DNA from: Eledone cirrhosa
Lineage: Eukaryota
Length of the DNA: 64,000 bases
Direction: 5' to 3'
Assembly (NCBI GenBank): GCA_964016885.1
Contig: OZ024753.1
Span: 13,206,001 to 13,270,000, forward strand
The notes under the pieces were generated by a model. It was not told where the DNA came from, made no database searches, and saw only the letters and a program-made list of their open reading frames with translations. The position numbers and the translations under genes are program-made. The first letter of the stretch is position 1; every line of letters begins with the position of its first letter. This document shows, piece after piece, positions 44,161 through 57,832 of the stretch.

Positions 44161-45141
44161 ATGCATCAGATTACAAGTATTGAAGAAGGCCAACACAGTG
44201 AAAGCTTGAAAATAAAAGACACGATATTTTTCAAGTTCCTGAAATATTATTTAGAACATAATTATATGAGATTAAGTGAAATGATATCTTTACTGAAATC
44301 ACACACGTTCAAAGCATTGTGTTTGCTAGCTATTTATATTGTGGCCTTTATATATTTGATTCTAAACCCTATTTCCCTCATTGTTAAATTAACAACCTTA
44401 AAAGGTATACCTGTTGCCAACATATTTATGTATGTCTACATTACATCTTGCTATTGTATAATGTCTATCCTATGTTTACTGAAATATTTCAAAGAAGCTC
44501 ATTTCAATGACATAATTGAAATATTCTCCAAAATTGAAATTGAAGAGAAAGATGGAAAACTGTACAGTTTGATATATTCATATAAGTCACTTTGTATATT
44601 TGTAGCTGTGTATACTATTTCTATCATAATTACAGAGATCATAATACCTATTTTTACTGAAGACAGTGTACTGTTGGTATTTCAAATGACGATGGATTAT
44701 AAGTACCTCATAGTAATTTTAAGATGTACACTACAAATTCTTTCCACTGTACCGCTGATGATTGATCTGTATATAAGCATTATACTTCAGCTTAATCTTA
44801 CTCATGAGTTTAACAAACTGGCCAAGGAGGCTGAAGAGTACGTAAAGGTAATGCAATCCCCCAATTCGGATGCTATCAAGAAATATGAAGAGATTAAAGA
44901 AATATGTAACAGACATGACAAACTGAGTTCATCACTGAGATTATTAAATGATTCTTTGCAGTATATTGTAGGATTTCTCGTATTTGGTAGTATTTTTAGT
45001 TGTTGTCTTACAACTTACGGAATAATAAATAACTTATTACAAAATCATACGGATTCATACATTTGTGTATTACTTGCGGCGTCCACCCTCCTGTCTTACT
45101 GGATTATACTAGTTTTGTTGGGTCTCCGTTTACATATATCG
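44161..45141 (+). CDS. Gustatory receptor-like protein exon TM1-TM6, copy B
   Basis: 327 codons, 12 aa differences from copy A, same phase-0 GTAAGT donor. Confidence 0.72.
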
Positions 45142-45167
45142 GTAAGTCTATATATAAATGCGAATGT

Positions 45168-45257
45168 CACCCATATATTTATGTTTCTGCTGTGTTTGGC
45201 ACCAGCCTGGCCTTTCTTAATATAACCTTTTCTTGTGCACTCCGGTTAAACAGATCG
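45168..45257 (+). pseudogene. Vestigial paralogous TM6 + donor, copy B
   Basis: HPYIYVSAVFGTSLAFLNITFSCALRLNRS|GTAAGT. Confidence 0.6.
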
Positions 45258-45306
45258 GTAAGTTACATCTTCGTTTTCCTTTTCTTTACATTTTTAGTAT
45301 TATGGA

Positions 45307-45516
45307 TTGGCAGTGTCGGTAGAGCGTCAGACACCATGCTTTGTAGCATAGTGTTATGGCCCTTTACGTTCTGATTTGAAATCCCGCCGTGATTCACTTT
45401 GCTTTTCATCTTTACGGGGTCGATAAATAATGTACCTGTAATGCATTGTGGTTGATTTAATCGACTTTCCTTTCCCCCAAGATTGTCGGCCTCGTGCCTA
45501 AATCAAAGATTATTAT
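45307..45516 (+). mobile_element. tRNA-derived SINE (duplicate of 11101-11310)
   Basis: Near identity to copy A. Confidence 0.75.
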
Positions 45517-45535
45517 TTCCATTATTATTCATATG

Positions 45536-46216
45536 GCGCATCATTATTGCTTCACTGAGCACAGCTCTGTGGGCCTTGGGTATGTGCAGTGTAGTTTTTG
45601 CTGGTGTTGTTTCTATTGTATTGATAGGACTTTTAGTAATGTGTGCAGTGCCTAGTAGTGCTATCTTTTGTATGCTGTATATATTTGTAAGTCCTGGGGT
45701 ACTCTATATAATATATATACAGTACCTAGTAGTGCTATCTTTTGTATGCTGTATATATTTGTAAGTCCTGGGGTACTCTATATAATATATATACAGTACC
45801 TAGTAGTGCTATCTTTTGTATGCTGTATATATTTGTAAGTCCTGTGGTACTCTATATAATATATATACAGTACCTAGTAGTGCTATCTAATGTATGCTGT
45901 ATATATTTGTAAGACCTGGGGTTTTGGCTATGTATTTGTCTGTGTGTTTTTATCATTCCTAGAACACCTATTATTATAGGTATTGTTTCTGGTTTTATTT
46001 TTCACATTCAAGTTATTTCTGTCTCTCGATCTTTATATTTGGAGAGTTTCTCCCTTTCCTTGGAAGATATATTGTCGTCTGTTGGGATTGACACATCTAT
46101 TAGAAGGCATTTCTTTTCTTTGTGGTCTTTGACCATAATATCTGGTCGGTTGGCTTTGATCTCTATGTCTGTATGTATTGGCATATCCCAGAGAATTGTT
46201 GCTTTGTCATTCTCTC
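45536..46216 (-). mobile_element. R4/Dong-like LINE fragment with only ~3.7 units of the 74-bp array (45648-45920)
   Basis: Duplicate of 11330-13270. Confidence 0.8.
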
Positions 46217-47802
46217 ACACTGGGGTAATTGCTGGCTTTATGCGAGGTTAACTTTGCCTCACATCCTTACGGGGTCGATAAAATAAAGTACCAGTAATAC
46301 ATTGTATTAATTGCTTGCCTTGTGCCAAAAGTAAAAAATATAATTATTATTATTATTACACATGTGGTAATTTACGCACGGGTGAGTCTTTATCCAAATT
46401 TGTTTACTTACACCAACAATGGTGGGCCGAAATTCTTATTCGTTTTAATAATTTCTAAAACAACGAAACGTGATATTGTGGTTCTGTTAATATTTTGAAA
46501 GATTCAAAATGACATGTTCAGATGTTGAAAAGAGAATGGCAGCCCCTCCCCTTCTATGTAAGGTAGTAGTAGTAGTAACCCCCCTCCTCCTATGTACAGT
46601 AGCAGTAGTAACTCCCCATCCTATGTACAGTAGCAGTTGTAACCCCCCCCCCCCTCCTATGTACAGTAGTAGCAGTAACACCTCCTCCTCCTATGTAAAG
46701 TAGCAGCCCCACGATGTGGAGTGGCTGTTCTATTGCGTGTCCCTCGCCTTCCTCCGGGTCCCAGAGATGGAGAGTAAGTTATTTAGAGGTGGAGGATACT
46801 CGTTGGGGCGTCACATCTATATATATAATTCCCGTTCTGTGTGTGTGTGTAAAAGAGTTTCACTTGGAAAATATTCCATCGATCTCTGCCAAATTAAACA
46901 CATAGCCAAAATAGGCTACGGTTTGTAACATCAAGAAAAAATTATTTCATAATGATTAATTTCGAAGTCACAAACTTCGATTTTATAATCCTATAGACTT
47001 TTGCACTAACAAATTCCATGACGGCCATTAAAGAGAGAGAGAGCGTTCCTTTTACACACTTCTTAACTCTCCCCCTTCCACAACACGACGTTGTGTGTGT
47101 GTGGGGGGGGGGGGGTGCGTGCATGTGCGTGTGTGTAATTTCCATAACGGCCAGAGAGAGAAGGATGTGTGAGAAGGAGATAGAAGGAGAGGAGAGAGAG
47201 AGAGTAAAATAAAGAAAGAGTGGAGTGTGTGTGACGCGAATATGATAAATACAGCGTTTATAATTTTAACTTATTTATTACACTTCTTAACTCCCCCCCT
47301 TCCACAACGTCACGTCTTGGGATTGTGTGCGTATGTGTGTATGTGTATGTGTGCGTGTGCGTGTGTGTGTGTTTGTGTGTGTATGTGTTTGTGTGTACAT
47401 GATGGATGTTTTAAAATAGACATTGTTCAACCGACACGGCTAACGATACATTTCTCTATGTTCACATTTTAATGACACATATCTGTAAATAAAACTTGCT
47501 CTTTTTGAATACCGTCTCATTTTTTTTATTGAAAGAGTTGATCAGGTAAAATTATCCTCCAAGTTAAACATACAACACGGAAATTGACCATTAACATTGC
47601 AGCCCTACCAAGAACTGACACCGTCCAATGGACGTGGGTCATTTGCTAGTATATATATACACACATACACAAAATAAAGGAAAAGTTTGTAGATAACAAA
47701 AAACATATAACAACAACTCCAAATATAACAACAATTGCAATAACAGTCACTAAAGCTACAGAAAGTAATCACAAGAACAATAACAACAATAACAATGAAC
47801 AT

Positions 47803-48890
47803 CTATAATTCTTTCCTACAATCAGACCTAGACACAATGCTGCAGTGGATCACAGACAGGCAACTGAAGCTGGCTGTGGACAGGTTTACCACCATGCATT
47901 TGGGGAGGAAAAATCCAGCCTCCACATACTCCCTCCACAACACTGATATCAAGAAGTCCTCTTGTGAACGTGACCTAACCATTACTGTCAGCAGCGATTT
48001 GTGTTGGACAATGCACATCTCTAAAATTGTCAAGAAGGCCGAGGGTGTCTTAGCATCACTCAGCAAGACCTTTGTTAGCCGCTCTCCAGCCATCTATTTA
48101 AAGCTGTATACAGCTTTGGTACGGCCACACTTGAAATTCGCATCATCAGTCTGGAACACCTATCTTGCTCAGAATATTGACCTCCTGGAAACTGTTCAGA
48201 GACGTGCAACCAAGCGCATACCCTCCATCAGACACCTACCATACTCTGAACGCTTTGCTTCCCTGGGCATTGATTCATTCAAGCTCCAACGTCTGGCAAT
48301 GGACTTGGTAAACACCAACAAAGTTATTAACCATCTCGCCAACAACAACCCTGAGAACCCTTTTAATCTCCATGTGTCTAACATACGTGGACATGCCTAC
48401 AAGGTCAGAAAACAGCATAGCTCCCATGAATTTTCGGAAACATTTGTTCACGCTTAGAGTTGCTGAAGCATGGAACAAACTGCCTGCGTCAGTTGTTAGC
48501 TGCCGAGACACGGCATCCTTTAAAACCTCCATGGAACAAACTGCCTGCGTCAGTTGTTAGTGTCGAGATACTGCATCCTTTAACACCTCCACGGAACAAA
48601 CTGCCTGCGTCAGTTGTTAGCTGCCGAGACACTGCATCCTTTAAAACCTTCATGGAACAAACTGCCTGCGTTAGTTGTTAGCTGCCGAGACACTGCATCC
48701 TTTAAAACCCTCATGCTTCCCGAAATTTGCCAAAACTACACCTGATGTCCTCCTTCCATACACATGCACACGTGTATATCATGACTCATGCACTGTTCAT
48801 TTTCCTGACCTTTGTACATTACGCTATTTACTATACATACACTTTTGATGAGTTGTAGTGCACCTGAGCACTGTACACAACATGTTCATT
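47803..48890 (+). mobile_element. CR1-like LINE 3' fragment, four 61-bp units
   Basis: Duplicate of 14995-16200. Confidence 0.88.
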
Positions 48891-49955
48891 ATTATTATTA
48901 TTTGAAATCCCGCCGAGGTTAACTTTGCCTTTCATCCTTACGGGGTCGATAAAGTAAAGTACCAGTAATGAACTGGGTAATTTGCTGGCCTTGTGCCAAA
49001 AGTAGAAACAATTATTATTTGAAAACAGCAAAAATCCAAAAAGTCACAACAGCAACAAAAACAACGTAATATATGAGTTTATCTTGTTTCTCGAGTAATC
49101 AAGCTAGAATGGCTCTTCCAGCGCATCTCCCTTGCCATCCTCCGGGGAAAACGCCTTCTCCATTCTGTCCTCCGGCGCTGTGGGGCGGCCAGAACGTGGG
49201 ACCCCATTTGCTCATTATACAGAGAGATTGGGAGGGCGAGAGAGATGGGAGCGATTACGGTGGGAGTTCGGCTCTTCCGTGTTCCGACACATTGGGGCGA
49301 GACAGATGGGGGCGATTACGGTGGGAGTTCGGCTCTTCCGTGTTTCGACACATTGGGGCGAGAAAGATGGGGGCGATTACGGTGGGAGTTCAGCTCTTCC
49401 ATGTACCGACACATTGCACCTATCAAGGGTGTATTTTCATACTTGTAACGAACATTGTGAATTCCTATTTATAGTTTGACTATACCAAACAACTTGTTCA
49501 CTGTTATTCCTTCTCCAATAATAGCTACTAACAGACGTATTAATAAAGGCGGATCAGAACCTTCTTCTGTTTGTCCTGTAAGGATAATAATAATTATTTC
49601 TACATTTGACACAAGGACAGCAATTATCCCAGTGAATTGCTGGTACTTTATTTTATCGACTTCGTTAGGATGAAATGAAAGGCAATGTTAACCTCGGCGA
49701 GATTTCAACTCAGTCTGTAACGGACCGTAACTCTATGCTGAAAAGCATGGCGTCCGACCCTCTACCGATACTGTTCGAACGCAACACAGGGTTTTCAAAA
49801 GAACTTGACGATATGTGACAAAATAGATAAGTTCCAGAGCTCTATAGCCGTAAAACTTTTGTCAAATATAAAAAAAAGCAAAGAGATAGAGTGTCCCCGC
49901 TCGTGGGCAAGACAATGATCTATACGTTTGTGTCCTTTAAATAATAATAATAAAA

Positions 49956-50105
49956 ACTAGCAGAATGGCCTGGCGTTGCTCGGGATTTGCTCTAGGGTTT
50001 TATATATTTAATATATATTTTTCCTTATCGAGCTTCGTGAAATAAATACTTTTGTTTATATTTTGTTATTGTGTATGCAAAAATATCTGTACACGAATAT
50101 TTAAT

Positions 50106-50159
<54 letters not shown>

Positions 50160-50580
50160 ATATATATATATAACAGATTAAAGTTTAAGCAAAGAATCTT
50201 CTGAAAGTAAAAAAAATCAATCTGTGAACGCAGAAGTAAATATTTCGAAAAACGTTACACACTATATATAAATACACACACACTATATATATATACATAT
50301 ATACTCACACACACACACACAGCTACGTCATAATGTCGTAATGCAGACAGCCAGGCATACAGACAGATATTATAAGGGCGCAACGTTATATCTATGTATC
50401 TATCTAAAAAGAAAGACTAAGAGAGAGAGAGATCGCTAAATCGCCTAATGCGGTCCCTGGGGCAGTGAACATTGCAAATTTTTTTTTTCTCAAAACACTC
50501 ACAGGACCATAAGTATTACATGTGTAAAGTTTGAAAACAATCGGTTGGGTGGTTCTCGAGTTTTAGGGAGTTTGACAGGC

Positions 50581-50621
<41 letters not shown>

Positions 50622-50644
50622 TTTTCTGTTTCCGATATATAGAT
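49956..50644 (+). mobile_element. HINE-like element (duplicate)
   Basis: Duplicate of 17316-18012. Confidence 0.6.
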
Positions 50645-50689
50645 AATGATGACGATGATGATGGTGGTGGTTGTCGTCGTCGTCTTCTT

Positions 50690-51710
50690 CTTCTGTTATT
50701 AGTGACTGGTTGTGGTTTCCAAGGCACTAATGGGACATAGCGTCATACGTGGCACGTTGGCAGTGGCCAGTAAATAGGGATAGGAGAGCTTGTGCCCCAT
50801 GTTATTAGTGGCTTATTTTGGTTTCCAAAGAATTAATGGGGACACAGCCTCATAGGTGGCACGATGGCAGTGGCCAGTAAATAGGGATAGGAGAGCTTGT
50901 GCCCCATGTTATTAGTGGCTTATTTTGGTTTCCAAAGAATTAATGGGGACACAGCCTCATAGGTGGCACGATGGCAGTGGCCAGTAAATAAGGATAGGAG
51001 AGCTTGTGCCCCATGTTATTAGTGGCTTATTTTGGTTTCCAAAGAATTAATGGGGACACAGCCTCATAGGTGGCACGATAGCAGTGGCCAGTAAATAAGG
51101 ATAGGAGAGCTTGTGCCCCATGTTATTAGTGGCTTATTTTGGTTTCCAAAGAATTAAAGGGGACACAGCCTCAGACGTGGAGCGATGGCAGTGGCCAGTA
51201 AATAGGGATAGGAGAGCTTGTGCCCCATGTTATTAGTGGCTTATTTTGGTTTCAATGGGGACATTAATGGGGACACCGCCTCAGACCTGGCGCGATGGCA
51301 GTGGCCAGCAAATCTTACTCTCCTTTTACGTACAACGACAGACATGCGTGGGAGGCCGGCATATATCTCTCTCAAAGTCAGATGTCGCCAGCTTATGTTC
51401 TGCATGTGTTGAAGCAGGAGAGTGTAAGTGCCATCAAGGTGCTTTTGTTGTTTGAATGAAAGCGTCCATGTTTCATTTCCATATAGCAAGATTGGAAGAG
51501 CCTGATTTTGGTGTGGTTGGAAAGATTTGATAAAGAGGAATAGGGCAAGCGAGTCACACTGGAGCACACCTGCTGAGATGTCAAAGAACTCTGTTGTTCC
51601 ATCAGGGGTGATGATAGTGGCACTTGTGTTGAGATACAGAGCCGTAATTGCTACCACAAGTCTTGCTGGTATGCCATACATGCGTAGAATTTCAAAACAG
51701 ACTCTCTCTG
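50690..51710 (-). mobile_element. RTE-like LINE fragment with 107-bp array (duplicate)
   Basis: Duplicate of 18060-19080. Confidence 0.82.
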
Positions 51711-52712
51711 GGAATAAGATAAATAAGGGTCCCGGTGAAGAAAACAAACAAACATAGACCTATGGTGTTTAATGTCTTTCACAAAATATTTTGGTAATTT
51801 GTGCTCACCTGAAAGACCCAAAATCGTTGCCCTACCCCTGAGAGGCATAGCTGAAAGACCCAAAATTGTTGTTGCCCTACCCTTGAGATGGAATTCCGAA
51901 AATGTTGCCCTACCCCAGAGATGGAATTCACAGGAACAACATTTTTGTTACCAAAGCAAGGCACCTCTTCGCTACGAACATAAACTAAGGGCCAGTGGAT
52001 ATTGTGTGTGTGTGTGGGCGCACATGCGTGTGCATGTGCGTAGGTGTGTGCGTTTCAGTTCTTGGGTGTGGGTGTGAGCGTGCGTTTATGTGTGATTGTG
52101 ACAAGGTAACGGGAAGGTGTGGTTATATTTCTTATTAATTAATTACCTATTTTGTCATTGAACTCTATCAAATAATGCGTTATATGATGTCTTAATTGTT
52201 TGTTTGTCACAAAACGTTTCAAACAAGATCTCTGAAGAAATCAATACGTATGATCTATACATGAAATAAATCGATAAAGTGCTTTCTGATAGCTCTTCCA
52301 ATTAATCTCATTAATCTTGAAGTATATTGAGAAGTAAATATAAATGTATATTGACGAGTATATATAAATGTATATTGTCGAGTATATATAATTGTATATC
52401 GTAAAGTGTGTATAATTGTATGTGTACATATCAACATGCAAGACAGAGTATTGTGTAAATTATCTGATATCAGGACATGAAAATAATAACTCTTTAACTG
52501 TGTATATTTACACAAATGAAAGCTTTTCAAAGTAGATTTTATCACCTCTCTACCTTAGCTTTTAGTGAATGGACTAATTATGTGGAATATCTAGATTGCT
52601 GTATATTACACACGCACGGATATACACACACATACACAGACAGTATACATAAATATATATATACATATGCATATATACACAGACAAAAATATATACACAT
52701 ATATATACAGAC

Positions 52713-52747
<35 letters not shown>

Positions 52748-53103
52748 TGCACACACAGTATACATGAATATATATATACATATGCATATATATACAGACA
52801 AATATATATACACATATATATACAGACACATATATATACAGACACACATATATATATATATACACACATATATACACACACACATATATACACATATACA
52901 CACACATATATATACACTTATATATATATATATATATAAATACACACATATATATACATATATACACACACATATATACATACATATATACACACACATA
53001 TATATATACATATATATATATACACACACATATATATACACATATATATATATATATACGCACATATATATATACATATACACACACACACATATATATA
53101 TAC

Positions 53104-53134
<31 letters not shown>

Positions 53135-53807
53135 CACACATATATACACATATATATACACACACACATATATACATATATACACACACATATATACACA
53201 CACATATATATACACATATATATATATACACACATATATATATACATATATACACACATATATATACATATTTATATATACACACATATAAACATATGTA
53301 CACACACACATATATATATACACACACATATATACATATATACACACACATATATATACATATTTATATATACACACATATATAAACATATGTACACACA
53401 CACATATATATACACATACACACATATATATAAATATATAATGTGTATAAATGTGTATATATATATATACACGATTCACTTGTCCCAATAGCTTATTTTA
53501 GTTATTGCTCTCACCAACCTGAGGTATGTGATTTTTAATGCGATGAAATACCAATGATGGTTGGCAAATCACTGATGAGGGACTAATTTTATAATATGTA
53601 ACCTATGTGCAACCACAGTTTTCCTCTTTCTTCCCATGTTTTTTATATATATATATATATATATATATTAAAGTGTTAAACAATATTCAATGAGTATGTC
53701 AAGGAATGAGTTTTACAGTAGATTGGAAGCACTCTACGAAAAATAATTTTCCGTAGTTATTAATATTAAAATACAAATATTAATGAAATAGATGTTCTTT
53801 TGATCAA

Positions 53808-53868
53808 TTACATTTTATTGTACATATTTCGGATGTACAACAGTACGTCGTCATCAGACAAAATATAA
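53808..53868 (-). ncRNA. Degenerate hammerhead ribozyme
   Basis: tattttgt-CTGATGA-cgacgtac(tgtt)gtacatcc-GAAA-tatgtac-a-ataaaatg; the UH cleavage site is mutated to CA. Confidence 0.55.
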
Positions 53869-53917
53869 TGATACATGACATACCCTGAGCTGTTAAATGA
53901 TTAAGATTTAATCAAGA

Positions 53918-53956
<39 letters not shown>

Positions 53957-54473
53957 GAAGGAAATGTGGTAAGGAACCAGGTGGACCATAACGCACCAAA
54001 GTACTCAATACTTGAGGTAGTAGAGTGGGTAATATATATATATGTAGGAGGTGAGTTTTATTGTAGTACAATAAAGCAATGCAGATATCCCTCTCCACCT
54101 TCACTCTCATCTCCTCCCCCTTTTTTTCATCCTTTCCACCCCCCCCCCCCTCCCTAAATAAAATACTTTTTCCTCGCACATATCCTCCTTTCGTTAATTT
54201 TCAAATTTTTTTAATTTATACATTATCTTCCAACGGTTTTCAACCTCTCTATGTAAAACAATATATCAGTTATAAAAACTATCTCTTTCTCTCTATCACC
54301 CATCTCTCCCTCTCATCTCCTCCCCTTTTTCATCCTTTCCACCCCACCCCACCCCCCCTCTCTAACTAAAATATTTTTCCCAATATCACACATCAATCTA
54401 AAACCACTTTTCATATGTTGATTTAAAACTGCACTATCCACAAGTGTTTTTTAGCCTTCATATCATGTTCTCC

Positions 54474-54545
54474 TGTTTTATCTGATGAAAACACATATAT
54501 TATTGCATGATGATGTTTGTTTTTGAAATGCGCATAATAAAATAC
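54474..54545 (+). ncRNA. Minimal hammerhead ribozyme (paralog of 25237-25308)
   Basis: tgttttat-CTGATGA..GAAA-tgcgcat-A-ataaaata. Confidence 0.8.
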
Positions 54546-54574
54546 ATGGAACTCCTTTAACCATCTTTTGATCT

Positions 54575-54626
<52 letters not shown>

Positions 54627-54631
<5 letters not shown>

Positions 54632-54945
54632 AAATATAAAACAATCACATTTTAGTTTAATACATTTAATTGCTGACAATTGTTTTTTTTTCAAGACAAA
54701 TGTCTGGGATTCTCGGAGCATACACAATGTTTAAACAAGTAATTATAATTCTGCTTTTCAATATGATGTCACTGACACTGTCAATAGTAATGTATCTTTA
54801 TGAATGTTCTGAGGATGAGGATTATAATTACTTGTTTAAACATTGTGTATCCTCCGAGGATCCCAGACATTTGCCTGGAAGAAACAATTGTCAGCAATTA
54901 AATTAAATGCATTAAACTCAAATTTGATTGTTTTATATATTGTAT
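54627..54945. repeat. Imperfect inverted repeat (paralog of 20995-21304)
   Basis: Arms are reverse complementary. Confidence 0.85.
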
Positions 54946-55065
54946 CTCGGCTCTGTAATACATTTGATCATTTACATTCAGCCTTTTCTCTTACTGGTAA
55001 TTGGTTAGTGCTTAGTACTACCGTTTCATATATATAATGTCATCTACCTTGATGGCATTATAAAT

Positions 55066-56160
<1,095 letters not shown>

Positions 56161-56429
56161 CGCGCGTTCATGTTTCCTCTTTGTTTACGGCCCATATCAT
56201 AGCGCTTCGTCAAAACAGATCGATTAAGTACCAAAATTAAAAATAGATCCACTGTGATCAAACGTACAGTTGATTTGACGTTTCTAACTCAATGAAGGTA
56301 AATGATTGCACGGAATATTTCAACGATTACCGTTCGAGCCCGATGATCTGGAGTTGTCCGCCATGTTGGATCTCTCTCTCTGTCTTTCCTATACTCTGGA
56401 AATGAAATTTTAGCCACAACATATACTAC

Positions 56430-56698
56430 TGCACTCCGTCGGTCACCACGACGAGTGTTCCAGTTGACTCGATGAACAGAACAGCCTGCTCGTGAAATTA
56501 ACGTGCAAGTGGCTGAGAAATCTGAGGGAGATTCAGCGGGACACAGAATTAGAGATACAACTCATTTTTGCCAGCTGAGTGGACTAGAGCAACGGGAAAT
56601 AAAGTATCTTGCTCAAGGGCACAACGTGCAGCCGAGAATCGAACTCGCGTCCTTATAATTGTCAGCCGAGTATCCTAACCACAAAGCCACGCGACTTC
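56430..56698 (-). mobile_element. tRNA-derived SINE (second family)
   Basis: Minus strand: tggctttgtggttagg (A box), gagttcgattctc (B box), cccttgagcaag..ccactcagctggcaaaaatgag core. Confidence 0.75.
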
Positions 56699-56869
56699 AA
56701 CATATAACTCTTCAATATCGAAATAACTGAAGAATGGAAAGAGAATTCTTTCAAATAAGTGAAAAAAAAATAATGTGGGAGGAATTGAGGAAAGCTGAGA
56801 TCACGAGACCGACTGAGTTTTATTAAGTTCAATTGTGAATTCTGCGACCCTTTCTTTCTGCTTAGATCT

Positions 56870-57524
56870 TCAGGTGGGACATTGTGGACTTTTGCTGGGT
56901 TTTTTCATGATATGTGGGCGTGAAAATGGTGTTTCAGGGAAGCGGTTAGCTATTGCATTTTCTTCTTCGGTTTTCTACAGATCAAATATTTTATTTATTG
57001 GTCACCTATTGAAATTAATAGTATTGATCAGCCATATCATGAAACCTAATGTATGTATGTATGTATGTATGTATGTATGTATGTATGTATGTATGTATGT
57101 ATGTATGTGTGTATGTATGTATGTGTGTGTGTGTGTGTGTGGTGTGGTGTGGTGTGGTGTGGTGTGGTGTGGTGTGGTGTGGTGTGGTGTGTGTGTGTGT
57201 GTGTGTATAATTATGTTTCAGGTATAGAGTGAGAAGGAGAGGGGCAGAGATTTGCATGGAAGGACACACAGAGTTTTAATAGGATGCAGTGTGTTTATTC
57301 TAGTGGCGTATGCGTAAAAATACGAATTAAAACTGATAGAGATGATCAAACAGACATGTGCTTCATATCCATTTCCGAATATAAACATTGAAAAACAATA
57401 CAAAGTTCTTAGTACAAAAGTAGGCGTATATATTTAGCTGTTGGTACAACCATTTCTGTTTATCTATTGAAGTTAAGCTATTGTTTTTTTTATACATTGC
57501 AACTACATGGTCTTGTAACTCTGG
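56870..57524 (-). CDS. Possible last two exons of an unknown minus-strand gene (57524-57402 and 56974-56870)
   Basis: ccttttgcttccag|PELQDHVVAMYKK...CTKNF|gtattg, then ctgtag|KTEEENAIANRF...QCPT*; both junctions phase 0; no recognisable domain. Confidence 0.25.
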
Positions 57525-57684
57525 CTGGAAGCAAAAGGTCACCATATTAATATACGACGTTTATTGGGCATTTTAAACTTTTCAGAGCCAATCCTTCCCT
57601 CGACCTGAATTCACCAGATTTCTTCTAGAAAAATATAGAGAGAGTGAGGAAGAGGAAGTGAGAAAGAGAAAGAGATATAGAGGA

Positions 57685-57832
57685 AGAATTGACACCAGTA
57701 CTAAACTGGTACTTTTTATCGGCCTCGAAAGGCTGAAAGCCGACGTTTACCTCTGCAGGATTTGAACTCAGAGAGCAGAGAACCGAAATGAATACTGCAA
57801 AGCATTCTATCCCACATTCTAACCACTCTGCC
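57685..57832 (-). mobile_element. tRNA-derived SINE whose 5' end seeds the satellite
   Basis: Minus strand: tggcagagtggttag (A box)...gagttcaaatcc (B box)...gataaaaagtaccag. Confidence 0.8.

Noticed and set aside
53571-53600. Hammerhead at CTGATGAG
   Set aside because: No downstream GAAA or stem III found; at most a half motif. The same applies to CTGATGAG at ~4836.
56560-56698. tRNA gene
   Set aside because: A and B boxes are present but no cloverleaf is evident and it continues into a SINE body.
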